A stretch of DNA of 45,170 nucleotides from Folioceros fuciformis (Eukaryota), in the NCBI GenBank assembly GCA_049999805.1, contig JBNGIO010005952.1:1-45170 (forward strand), written 5' to 3'. The notes beneath the pieces were generated by a model that did not search any database, was not told the origin of the DNA, and saw only the letters and a program-made list of their open reading frames with translations. Positions 1 to 11,325 of this stretch are shown here, in pieces. The position numbers and the translations under genes are program-made. The stretch's first letter is position 1, and each line of letters starts with the position of its first letter.

Positions 1-495
1 ACACTCACGTTCACGACTGGTGCCGGCGGCGCCCACGGTGTCCGAGCCCGCTGTGAACTAAGAGGAAAGGGTTGGAAGAGGAAGATAGCCTCATATTGTC
101 AAGACAATAGGTCGGTAAGAAGACCATAAACCATCTGATTCTCTAGTAGACCACAAGTCAGACAAACGAGACATCCATAAGCACTAAGATACCTAAGCCC
201 ATTCACGGCAAACATGGGGCTGAACTCAATCTCTTCAGCTAGAAGATTCTCTTATTTGGATAGTAAACACTTAGAATGTGCAATTTGAAAATGAGATCTC
301 CTCAATGAACACAATTGAAACCCAAAGCGAGGTTAATAAAGCTGAAGGGGGTTTTGGGTTGAATAATGGTTAAAAAAGATGAGATCACAACCCTTCTTGA
401 ACCTCTTTTGACCTTGAGTTCCTATCACATATTAATCTGGGAAATATGCAAAGAAGAAGACTGCAAACCCATTAGCACCGTTTATCATTTTGGTC

Positions 496-601
496 CAAAA
501 TTTAATGCAATTGGAATCACCCATCCACAAAAAGCCTTAAAATCTACAAAAATTTAATGCAATTGGAATCACCCATCCACAAAAAGCCTTAAAATCTACA
601 A
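496..601. repeat. ~52-bp tandem duplication (2 copies)
   Basis: CAAAATTTAATGCAATTGGAATCACCCATCCACAAAAAGCCTTAAAATCTA is repeated head to tail; the copies differ only in A-run length. Confidence 0.9.
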
Positions 602-1330
602 GAAGATGGCCGAGGTGCCCTGCCAGCTATCACCCTATTACCCATTTGATGGGTGCTAGCCGGAGTCCTCCCCTTCATCACACTCTCCGTAGGCACCCCG
701 ACTTACTTTCTTTTCAAGGAAAAGACTAAAAAATAACATTTTATCTTGAAAACTAAAGTTATTAATTATGGTATAGTGAAGTGGNNNNNNNNNNNNNNNN
801 NNNNNNNNNNNNNNNNNNNNNNNNNNNNNNNNNNNNNNNNNNNNNNNNNNNNNNNNNNNNNNNNNNNNNNNNNNNNNNNNNNNNGTGAAGTGGTAGTTAA
901 ACTTTGTCTACCTTGGTGATATTTCAAGTTTGACATTCAGAAAAACTTTGATTCAACTTGAATGTAATTTTAATTATTTTTTGATATTAGTATCTAAAAT
1001 TATAGAAGGTATAATATTAATGATTACAAATAATGGAAGATTGAAAATGGCAAACAAAATTGTCAACACAACCCCACTAGGAACCTTATTTTTGAACATC
1101 ATAATCAATCCTCCATTTGGGTGGTAGACAGTTGCACAAGTAGGCCTCGAAAGGATGAAAATTTTTTTATTCCCTTATTTTAGAGTCCCATGTATGGAGC
1201 CATGGACAGGACTCCTTAAGTTTTATTAAGGCTTGTATACACGCTTATCACTATCACGAGAATGAATTTCTCCATCTTTCTTTCGATGACACATTTTTAT
1301 TTCTCTACAAAGAGTTCTGACGAATGTGGT

Positions 1331-1625
1331 TTACAGGTCAATTACTAATACAGATTTGGCAATATAGTTGCTAGGGTTCCATGTAAGCTCATCCTAGGGA
1401 TTACAGGTCAATTACTAGTACATGTTTGGAAATATAGTAGCTAGGGTAAGCTCATCTAGGGACTGTATGGTGCTGGTATTCGTAGGGTTGTCCCTCTTGG
1501 CTCTACAAAGAGAACTGGCGATCTTGGTTTACATGTCAATTACTAGTATATGTTTGGCGGTATTGTAGCTAGGGTTCCAAGTAAGCCCATCCTAGGGACT
1601 GGATGGTGCTGGTATTCGCAGGGTC
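1331..1625. repeat. Imperfect ~70-100-bp direct repeats (3 copies)
   Basis: TTACAGGTCAATTACTA..TAGCTAGGG..GTAAGCTCATCCTAGGGA recurs at ~1331, ~1401 and ~1529. Confidence 0.8.
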
Positions 1626-1929
1626 CTCCCGCGTAATCTTTCAGCGCTCTCAGGGTCTCTTTTCCTTCTTGTCACGTCTTGTTTAAGTTAGATGGATCTC
1701 CATCTCTGTTAAATAAAATATATAAAGTTACATGAAACTGATTTCTAAACACAAAAATTGATTCTTGAGATTAGGGCTAAGAAACCCAGTCCAACCGGAT
1801 CATAATGGACTTCTTTTCCTTCTCCCTCCGGGCTACATTCCGCCGCTTCCCTCCTCAACCATTTCAATTCCGGAGGAGGAGAAGGCACCCTTGGTCCTAT
1901 GAACTCATTGCCCCCGGCTTGCAGTTTGA

Positions 1930-2628
1930 AGGCTCTTCGCATCCCTCCAGGAGCTTCGTGCTTGAAGGCTCTTTGCATCCCTCCAGCAGCTTCCTGCTCA
2001 AGGCCCTCAGCATCCCTCCAGGTTCCTGCTTGAAGGCCTCCAGGAGCTTCCTGCTTGACGGCTCTTAGCATCCCTCCAGTAGCTTCCTACTTAAAGGCCC
2101 TTAGCATCCCTCCAGGAGCTTCCTGCTTGACGGCTCTTAGTATCCCTCCAGCAGCTTCCTACTTAAAGGCCCTTAGCATCCATCCAGGAGCTTCCTGCTT
2201 GACGGCTCTTAGCATCCCTCCAGGAGCTTCCTACTTAAAGGCCCTGAGCATCTCTCCAGGAGCTTCCTGCTTGACGTCTCTTAGCATCCCTCCAGGAGCT
2301 TCCTACTTAAAGGCCCTTAGCATCCCTCCAGGAGCTTCCTACTTAGAGGCCCTTAGCATCCCTCCAGGAGCTTCCTGCTTGAAGGCTCTTAGCATCCCTC
2401 CAGGAGCTTCCTGCTTGAAGGCTCTTAGCATCCCTCCAGGAGCTCCCTGCTTGAAGGCTCTTAGCATCCCTCCAGGAGCTCCCTGCTTGAAGGCTCTTAG
2501 CATCCCTCCAGGAGCTCCCTGCTCGAAGGCTCTTAGCATCCCTCCAGGAGCTCCCTGCTCGAAGGGTCTTAGCATCCCTCCAGGAGCTTCCTGCTTGAAG
2601 GCTCTTAGCATCCCTCCAGGAGCTTCTG
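1930..2628. repeat. 36-bp minisatellite, ~19 copies
   Basis: Consensus GCTCTTAGCATCCCTCCAGGAGCTTCCTGCTTGAAG. It reads ALSIPPGASCLK on + and EAPGGMLRAFKQ on -. Two variants alternate (72-bp higher order) over ~2055-2350. Confidence 0.97.
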
Positions 2629-3013
2629 GCCAAGGAATTGAATCACGCTTTTCCATCTGAAACGTTGTAGAGGCGCTCATCCTTCAGCATAGTTAACTCA
2701 AGGGTTGCGACAATTAAAAATTAATGAAAAAAATGAGATTAAAAACTGGCCTTCACCAACTCAAAATGCGGTGATTCTGTCCTTCTGGGGTTAAGCCCAC
2801 ATCCTTTCTCATGATGCAGAAAAAAAAGGTTTAGAGAGCTACACGTGCAAGCCGTGGAGTATCTATGGCCATGTGCATGGTCTAACGCACCACCTCTATA
2901 TACAGCTGGCCTGCTCCATTTTATTGGGTCATTGGGTTATTGGGAGGCGCACTGTGAAGGAGAGTGGCTAGCAGCCAAGCTGGGAGCTGGATCATAAGCA
3001 AAGGATAAGCACT

Positions 3014-3182
3014 AATCAGAGCTATACCATATGCAAGAATTCCAGCCACTGTTACTTCAAACGTGGAATCATTGTACCTTGTGACAGGTGATAAATGGGA
3101 GCGAATCAGAGCTATACCAAGTGCAAGAATTCCAGCTAGTGCTGATCGTTGTATGTACCTTGTGACAGGTTCTAAATGGGAG
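3014..3182. repeat. ~85-bp imperfect duplication downstream of the beta-helix gene
   Basis: AATCAGAGCTATACCA..TGCAAGAATTCCAGC...TGTACCTTGTGACAGGT..TAAATGGGAG occurs at ~3014 and ~3104. Confidence 0.8.
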
Positions 3183-3198
3183 GCTGAGTGTCAGAGGA

Positions 3199-5196
3199 TC
3201 AGGTGAGGAGAAATGGAGGAACAGCAGAACCAGGAGGCACGTTGAAGTTGGCCATGTAGGTGGAGGAGCTCACGGACTTGATGCCGACTTGGGACTTAGG
3301 ACACGACTTGAAGTTCGGATACTTGAGATAAATGGGTGACAGCTTGTTATCCACTCCATAGTCCTGCTGACCGGGGTTATTGAACAGTGCTTGAAGTGAA
3401 GACACGGTTAGCCAGTCCATGTTGTTCAGGGATCCGGAGGTCACTGACGTTACCCCCGTACAGCTCAAGTAGGTCGGCGTATTTCTGGTGATTGGGTCCA
3501 CGTTCACTATTGAGACTTGGTTGCCTGCCAGAATGAAGGGTGAAAGCAGAAATTAGGGTTTCCGGCTGATCAAATCATCGTTTTATTCCTGTATGTTATG
3601 CAGTCCTGAAGAAAAAAGTTCTGAGCGGAGGAGAAGGTGGATCCGGAAGAGTAGGTTACCTGTGGGAAGGCCGCTGCACCTTCCCGTGAGGGAGGCTGAT
3701 ATGCTGCCCTCAGGATTGCAGGGCTGGCCGTTGAATGAAGTGAGGTCGCAGAAATCGTTCAGCCAAGGATAGTCCTGCGAATAATGAAGCCATCAAGAAA
3801 CCTCATCAGCTCGGTGCAACACATAAATCCGAAGCCATCAAATTCTGTACGCGATTGCTAGTGTCTCACCCTCTGCCAGTCTGGAGAGTCGTAGTAAGCT
3901 AGCCTGGTGGCGTCCCAGTAGGCGCCGGCAGTCTGGTTACAGTTGTTGATGAAGTAATTCTGACAGCTGATCCAACCAGACATTCGAGCGCCGATGGTGA
4001 CGAAGCTTGAGACGGCGTTGGAGTGGCCTGTGTTGAGCTTCAATCCGGATGGCAGTCCGATGCACACCATACCGTCAACAGTAAGGCCGCTGGAAGCATA
4101 GTCCAGGTACAGGCACTGTTTCCCGCCCACCGCGTAGTTGCAGGAGATGTAGTTGCCGGGATTCACCCAGTGAGTGCCGAAGTAAATGGCACTAGAGTCG
4201 GACTGCGGTGTGAAGTCCGGCGTGACGATGAAGTAGTTGTCCACGAATATGCTGAGCATGCAGTCGCCCACATTGACCACTCCCGCCCCGCACTGGATGC
4301 CTGTGAAGTTTTGATTCCTGAAGTAATTGTTGCGCACCGTGACTCCCACGGCCCCCCGAGCCAGCATCAACCCAGTCTGCGAGCCCGTGAAGTTGCAGTT
4401 GGATATGACGATTTCGGATTTGGTCCTGCTGGGCCCGTCTCCAGACAGAGAGACCTGGACCATGCCCTTCTCGCCCGTGGACGACGTGATTTGCAACGAG
4501 TCAAGAGTGGTCTGGGGGGATTCGCGGATGTCAATTCTGCCCTTTATGACCGCCTGCACCACCTGGATGCCCCACGATTCGTGGATGAACACGGCCGGGC
4601 AATGCATGCGCGTGTTCATGTCATTGGGCAGCAACACAGGGCAGGCAGGAGGGTTCATGCCTGGGGTGGGTGGAATCTCTATCCCCACGTTCTGCACCAG
4701 CACGTTGTTGGCGCCGCGGATCTGGAATGTGGGGAACTTGTTATTCGAAGCTCTGATCTTCCGCTTCGTGTTCTTCAAGGAAGTGAAGATGGTGCAGGAA
4801 TACTTGCCGTCGAAGATGAGACTGGAGGTGAGGGGAATGTCCTGGAGCAGCACGATGTTGACGGTCTGGTTGGGACTGTACTCGAGACGGGTAGCGATCT
4901 GAGCAACATTGGAGACCTGCAAGGTGATAATGAAGGAGCTGCAAGGCCCGCCGGCTGCAAGCACCAATGCTGCCACTGCACATGTCACAAACATTCCGCA
5001 CACCACTATCATCAGCACCCAGGGACGTATGTCCACCCGATCATGCCCCTAAACAGCTCTGAGTCAAGGCCAGCACCGCTGCGGGGCACGGGAGGCTGGA
5101 GCAGCATGTACCTGGCTTCGGCAGGAGAGCTACAAGCGTCAGGCCTAGGACGATGATAATGCCACTCGTCACACGCTCAACAATTGGGCTCGCCAT
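3199..5196 (-). CDS. Secreted right-handed parallel beta-helix (pectin-lyase-fold) protein, GH141-like; 4 exons, ~536 aa
   Basis: Exons 5196-5112, 4954-3870, 3774-3660 and 3524-3199 join in frame over GT-AG introns (1611 nt). N-terminal signal peptide MASPIVERVTSGIIIVLGLTLVALLP. PbH1-like strands (IVISNCNF, VTVRNNYF, SIFVDNYF). Motif DSSAIYFGTHWVNPGNYISCNY..LYLDYASSGLTVDG..YDSPDWQRDYPWL. Confidence 0.8.
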
Positions 5197-6625
5197 CTCA
5201 AGGTCGGGGAGTGAGGCACCGGGTTGTGTTGTTTGAGATAAGGCCGGGACAACGTGGATTCTTATGCATACAACGCCTCGTGGGGAGGCATCTTCCGCTT
5301 TCCGAGTGAACTCAATGGAATGTGGAGCGAGGACAGGTTCATAATGACCGACAAAAGTCACGCTCTAATTTGTACATCAAAAGGCGGGAGCCATGGACGG
5401 CCGTTGCACGTAAATCCAATGCCATGCGGGGTACGGAGGGAGTGTACGGTGCTGTGTGAATCATCACGAATATCCACCATGCATGAGGTTGCAAGTAGCA
5501 GCTTGAGGTCTGATATCGATGTGCTCGAGACAAAAGTGCGATAGCATCAGGCAAGGCCGAACCCTGGAGCGAAAGGCAGAAGCCAGGCCGAGTAGCACCT
5601 TTTCCCAATTTGTTTCTTCAAGGAAACCTAAGGAAACCTCCAACGAAGTTCCTGACCAATTAAGTTTCGACAAAGTGGGTGCAGAATTGACTCGGTCTGC
5701 TCCACTTCTAGAATGCAGTGCGCGGCCGCCGCCCGACTTTCTTGAGTTGCCCGTTCATTGCAGTCTGAGGTCGGATGCAGTTCATTTGATACCCTCTCCA
5801 GCTAACGAGGCCTCGGAAGTCGAAAACACTGCTGCCGCCGTTGTAAGTGCATGTATGCGGATTAGAACTCTCACTCTATAGCATAGCCTTCCATTCCACT
5901 GTGGGATCGATTAGACATGAGTGAAGACGATGGAAGGTCACACGAAGTTGATTTGTAAGAGCTAAGCGTGCGGATCTTTTGAAAGACGGAGGAGAACAAA
6001 GGAAATGATACGAAACGAATCGACTGCCGAGGCGATTGCGGATTGCATCCACCAAGCTCAGGCTCTGCTTTGTCGAAGGCACAAGGTGCCTTGGGTGCTC
6101 GATGCCTCCAACCCCTGCTCTTCTTAGCCGAAAACGCAGGCCTCTATGGCTCCAGTGGGCGCCTGCCCAACAGTTTTCGGAACCAGCTCAGTTCCTTGCA
6201 TGTGGTTGGGGCTGGCTGCAGCTGTTCGATTCGTGTGCCTGTTGTGTGCATTTTGCAGCGGGTGGGCCTCGCACCTCCTTGGCGGTGACGAATCCCCGTG
6301 GACAGCATCAGCGAACCGGCGCTCAGAATCTAGTGTCCAGCCAGCCAGGCAGTCAACCCGGTTCTGGGCGCCCATCTCGCGGTTTCTCCCACCCTTGATC
6401 TGCAACAGCAGCCAGTCGCACGCCATACTCAACGCCGCGGAGAGGCCGTACGGTGACAGTCTCGGCGGATACTTTCCCAGCCATCCAGGTGCGGGCCGAG
6501 GGCTCTCGTCTCAGCAACATGCTCGTCCTGAACGCGGGGTTCGCGTTTGCCTCTCTCGCTTCCCGCACTTTAGCTGCCTGTGCGGTCCGGCTGCCGTGCA
6601 CATCCACTCCAAGTGGGTCGTGCAG

Positions 6626-8248
6626 CTATTGCAGGTCGATGTCAAGGGCGAGAATCGACCGAAACAGGTCGAATTCCGCAGCGCATTCCGGGTTCTGCCA
6701 TCCCGGGAATTTTGTTCCTTGATACTGGAAGCCATGGCTGCTCGAAAGCTCGTAGATGCCCGCGATTGTGGAGGGTTTACGGAGGGTAAGGACAGACGAT
6801 TCTTGCGAGGGGCCTGCGCCACCTGCGGAGTAAATGGTGCCCGAACTCTCTCTTCCGTCAAGGCCTGGCCTTGCGTACTCCCCACTCTTGCCCCTGGGCT
6901 AGGCTGCAAGTACTGTACACGTTTCTGGTCTCCATCCTCTTCGACTGCGATTGTTGTCCGCCAAGCTCTCAAGTGAGCAGTTTGTCCCGGCATTTTGTGC
7001 GTCACTTGTGATTCTGCTTCCAAATGATAAGTTACCAGGAGAACGGGCTCGAAACAGCTTGAGGGTTGCGTCTGGTTGACTTGCTAACCATAGGTCATGG
7101 AGCACAACCCAGCGCCCAACGCGAGAAGGAAGCACAGACATAGCCTACGAATGCCGGGACGCCACCGAACGGACTCACGACAACCTTTACCAACTGATAC
7201 CCTTATGGACCCCGCTTTCCGTGTCACTACAGGCCTTAGTAACGTCCGAAACGAAGTAAATCAGGAAGCTCGGGTGTGGGATCAAAATTAGGTGTATGGG
7301 AAGGGGAATTTGACGAGCTCGTGCCTAGAACCACCACCCTGCTCAAGGCAGATGCAGAGTCAATAACTCCTCCCTTCCCAGTGGAACCATACCGCTCTGC
7401 CGGTGGAAAAACAGGCATGTAGAAATAGAATGAGCGGGGGCCTACTATTTAGAGGAGCAGTCGTAGCCGACATAGTGAAGGACATCCAAACAAGGGGGTG
7501 GGTGACGTCAGAGTATAAATGAAAAACAAGAGGGCCTCCTTCAAGTAGTACAGCTGGTAGCTCATTCAGAAGCAAAGCTCCAGAGCAAATGGACCGTGAA
7601 TCTCTGTATCGCTACCACCATGAACCCGAGAAAAAGACTGAAAACACAATGGAACAGTGAGAATAGAATCTCACCAGACAATCCAACCCCGACCTACTGG
7701 ATAAAGGTTGAAGCTTAGCTCACTGGACAAATCCTCTGATGGTGAGACATCAAAATGAATTGAGAGTTCCAATTGAGGACAGGCGCAGTGCTGCATAAGA
7801 CTGCGACTGATAAGGAAACAAGCTGAAAAGTCCGTGAAACCACATCTGCAGTGTACGCATCCTCAGAAGACACAACGCATCAAGTTTCACGAGCTGGTGA
7901 GAGACAACAAACGGGCGTGACTTACCGCCGGGGAGAGATGTTGCCACCGCTGGGCTTCCTGCAAGAGTAGGTGCATCCAGAGCATCATCCGACACTTCTC
8001 ATCTTGAAACAAACCCAGAACACAAGCACAGCATACATGTGAAGTTGCAAAGAAAAACCAGCCACTTCAATCACAAAACATTAAATGCAATTGTACAACG
8101 CATCCTGAAAATTGTTCGCAAGAGTAAAAAAAAACATACTATTACTCCCTCACACGCCGCGAGCTGCTCCACAGCTACTACTGGCGAGAAGGTCCTGAAT
8201 TCGTCTTTTACCTCAGTTAGGTACTACTGGAACTCATCTCTGCAAAGC
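6626..8248 (-). pseudogene. Possible decayed spliced gene of unknown family
   Basis: Several AG..GT-bounded segments join in phase (LCRDEFQ*YLTEVKDEFRTFSPVVAVEQLAA-YEKCRMMLWMHLLLQEAQRWQHLSPA..., and AMSVLPSRVGRWVVLHDLWLASQPDATLKLFRARSP-GGAGPSQ...FDLFRSILALDIDLQ*). They contain in-frame stops, and no domain was recognised. Confidence 0.3.
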
Positions 8249-9205
8249 CTGCTGTTGATTGTCGGAGAGAACACAATGAGGCTACAGGACTAATAGGCTG
8301 ACGGGAAACAGCGGTGTCTGCGTGAAAAACCTTCACCCCGTTGTTAGCACTCAAAATGAAACAGGACCAGCCTCCAGAAACGGCATCTTCAACTGCTCGA
8401 CGAGACTGTGGAGACTTTTGGGGGGCATGCAACGACATGAAGCATAGACATCAAAACAAGCATCCTGTGCCTGCGGATAAACACGGACATCTGTGATCCG
8501 ATTGGAAGACACCGTCGTAGTGAAGCCGGACGGCCTGCAACTACTCGGGGGGCTCTGGGGATCTGGAAACACATGACAGCAAAAGCACCCACAACAAACA
8601 TATTGTGCCTTCCATTGACTAGCGTATATCCCTACTAACAAAGGCAGGTCAGTTCTTCCCACAGAAACAGTTAATGCACCTGGTGCCTAGCTAGTCTCAT
8701 CGGAATCGGAAGGTCAAAAGCAGCTTTGCACAGACGAGGTCCCAGTAGCACACAACAGAAGCTGTAGCCATCGCTCCTTGGAGTCAGATAGCCAGATCGT
8801 TAAAGCGAAGCATGCCTTGGGCTCATATCGTCCCTCAACTCTACGACACTTTCAGGTCTGGACGCGCCAGCAGAGGGATACGACCAGACCACCCTTGGAG
8901 CTGAAAGTTGAAGACCTAGCCACCCTTTAAGACTGAAGGAAGAGATAGGGCAAGACCTAGGCACCTTGCAGGACTGAAAGTTGTTCAGGAAATATCGTCT
9001 CCAAACTAGAACGCTGAAAGTGACAATTCAACAGAGAGACAAATGCTTCTAATTGCTGGGTTTCAGTTTTAGCTCTGACATAGAGGTTGGGAACTTGGGA
9101 TGCCAGACCTCTGCCACCGGATCGGAACGCGTGCAGCGTCATCGTCAGCTTCTACTGCGAAGTGGGGGAGAGCTGCTGAGTGAACCGCAAGGAGCTGTGA
9201 CGGAA

Positions 9206-10814
9206 ATGATCGCTCTGCCAAGAGCTGTAGCGGGTGTTTGCAAGTGTTATGGTCGGAGCTTGAGGAAGGACGTTCCTTCGGGTACTGTGGTCAGGGCCAA
9301 CCTAGTCCGATGCGCTGGTGAGACGAGTGCTCCTGGGGATGTCAGGACCCGCGGCAGGCCTGGTGCCCGGGAGCGGCGAGCGCTGAAACTCCAGCAGGAG
9401 AAGAGAAGGAGGGAGGACGAGGAGAAGTACCCTGCTTGGGCCTCGTAAGTCATTTTGTTTCAGGTTTGCCAACGCTGAGTGCCTATGCAGGTCTGAAAGA
9501 TGCTTCGATGCATGAAACAAGTACACGGGTTAAGCTCCCGGTTGTCTCATTTCCGTTTTCATCTCAATAAACTAGCAGGGTTCTGGAAAATGCCTGCAAC
9601 GATGACGAGGAGCTGCGGGAAATTGTCGGGGACAGCATTGGTAACCCTGATGAAATGAGGAGAAGGGTAGAGTTCTCGCACCCCTAGGGTTGAGGGTTTA
9701 AGAGCTTGCTAGACATGCGGAATTTGTAGTGTGCTAAACTGGTTCAACTGGTATGCAGGTGGAAGAGAGGGTGCGAAGAAAGGGTAAGGACATCTTGGAG
9801 TCCAAAACAGGTTCTGCTGTCCCTATGGAGGTTAATTTCCGTGAGTAAGGACGGCCCCTGTCTCGCCTCTTTCCATCTCTCCATGGACTGGGGCCTCAAG
9901 CCTGGTTCGGTTTGTCGTTGCAGCTTCAACCCTCTTGATTCCTACATCTGGCTTGAATTATATTCCGCTCCGACGGAGAAGAGCGTTGACATCATTGGAA
10001 GTGTGAGTACCTTGCGTTTAGGGCCGGAAGGTTAGCGGGGTTACTCATCAAGCGGCCTGGATACGAATGAGGCTTATTTTTCTTTTTTGAACGGCTGACT
10101 CTCCTTGCGATCTGGTGCAGGTTTTCCGGTCGTGGTACTTACTCGGGCGTTTGGGGTCTTTCAACTCCATGAACACTCAGGTCATATCTTGAGCTGAGCC
10201 GTTGGTTCAGTCGAGTCTGTAGCCTACAGTTTGGCATTGTCTTTACAGCACCTGTTGCTTACGCCACTACGGTTGTGTGGACAATTTGAAAAGGATTCAA
10301 TGACGTTGGTCCGGTGTGCAATGCAGCTCACAAAACTGCCTATCGACCAAGGGCTTAGTTATAGTGTTGATGCTGCCAAAGAGGCTCTTCCTGCTGCCTT
10401 CCACAACATAGGGGACCTGGAGTTCCAAGATAACTTGGTTCGAATCTGGTACTTGCTGTCACTGTACCGGAAAGAGGTCAAGGCTTCCGAAGCAGGCACC
10501 AAATTTTATTTCTTCTTGACGATTGAACTCGCATTACAGGGTTGACATGGGAACATCTGACCCATTATCGATGGACGTCCTCATCACTGGACTGTCAGCC
10601 GTGAGCTCTGAGTGAGTTTTTTTGAAGTTTCTGTGGTTGTGTCCTCTTTTTTCAAAATGCTATTGGAAGCTGCACTACAGCAACTGACCAATTTTGTTGG
10701 GTTGTCTGCAGCTATGTAGGTATCAAGCAGCTCGTTTTTGGTGGCAAACGCTTTGGGGACTGGGAGGAGAATATGACGTCTGAAGAAGATGGCTACAGAT
10801 GCTTCAAGATTTAG
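9206..10814 (+). CDS. DUF3531 family protein, probably plastid-targeted (cyanobacterial origin)
   Basis: Spliced translation: MIALPRAVAG...EKYPAWAS-VLENACNDDEELREIVGDSIGNPDEMRRR-VEERVRRKGKDILESKTGSAVPMEVNFR-DFNPLDSYIWLELYSAP..-VFRSWYLLGRLGSFNSMNTQ-..FHNIGDLEFQDNLVRIW-VDMGTSDPLSMDVLITGL..-YVGIKQLVFGG...CFKI*. These match DUF3531 motifs, and the N-terminus is transit-peptide-like. Confidence 0.9.
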
Positions 10815-11325
10815 ACGCTCTGAGGATCTCATTTTCACGAAACGTTGCTGTTGCTGGTTCCTGGTGTCACTGTGTGGACAATCACGTTAATGTCCCACAT
10901 TGAACTGTGAAACAATTGGTGACGGGCACAACAAAAGCTGCTGCGTTGAAATAGATGAGGGCCGCTGGAGAGGTACATGACACTCCAGCGAGAAACCTGT
11001 CAATTTGACCGATGTACTGTATTGCAATCTCCCTTCTTAAACGGAACGTGCTGGAGGTCGGCATCGACTCCTCATATTTTGATGGTCAAACAGGATGGGC
11101 TAACTTCTCTAGGTTGCCGAAGTTGCACAAGTTTTCACTCGTCTAAGTTCGGCCGTGGGTGTGGATGTGAAAGTGAATGCAGACTACAACCAAATGAGAA
11201 ATAGCCAGTTGCGGTTTCGACTTGCTGCCTGGACGCGGCAAAGACTGCAGATTTCCTCAGTCTTGCAAGCGTGAAGTTTGCGAGTTCGAACAAGGGGCCG
11301 TGACCTGGGAGGTCACTGTTGAGGA

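Noticed and set aside
776-893. GTGAAGTGG on both sides of the 100-N gap as a TSD
   Set aside because: More simply explained as contig-end overlap at a scaffolding gap; it cannot be evaluated from this sequence.
2055-2660. 201-aa plus-strand repeat ORF (ALSIPPGASCLK)n as a protein gene
   Set aside because: It starts at TTG, has almost no unique flanking coding sequence, and is open only because the 36-bp unit lacks a stop in that frame.
4023-5156. 377-aa plus-strand ORF
   Set aside because: It is the antisense shadow of the GC3-rich beta-helix exon, with a GTG start and no recognisable domain.
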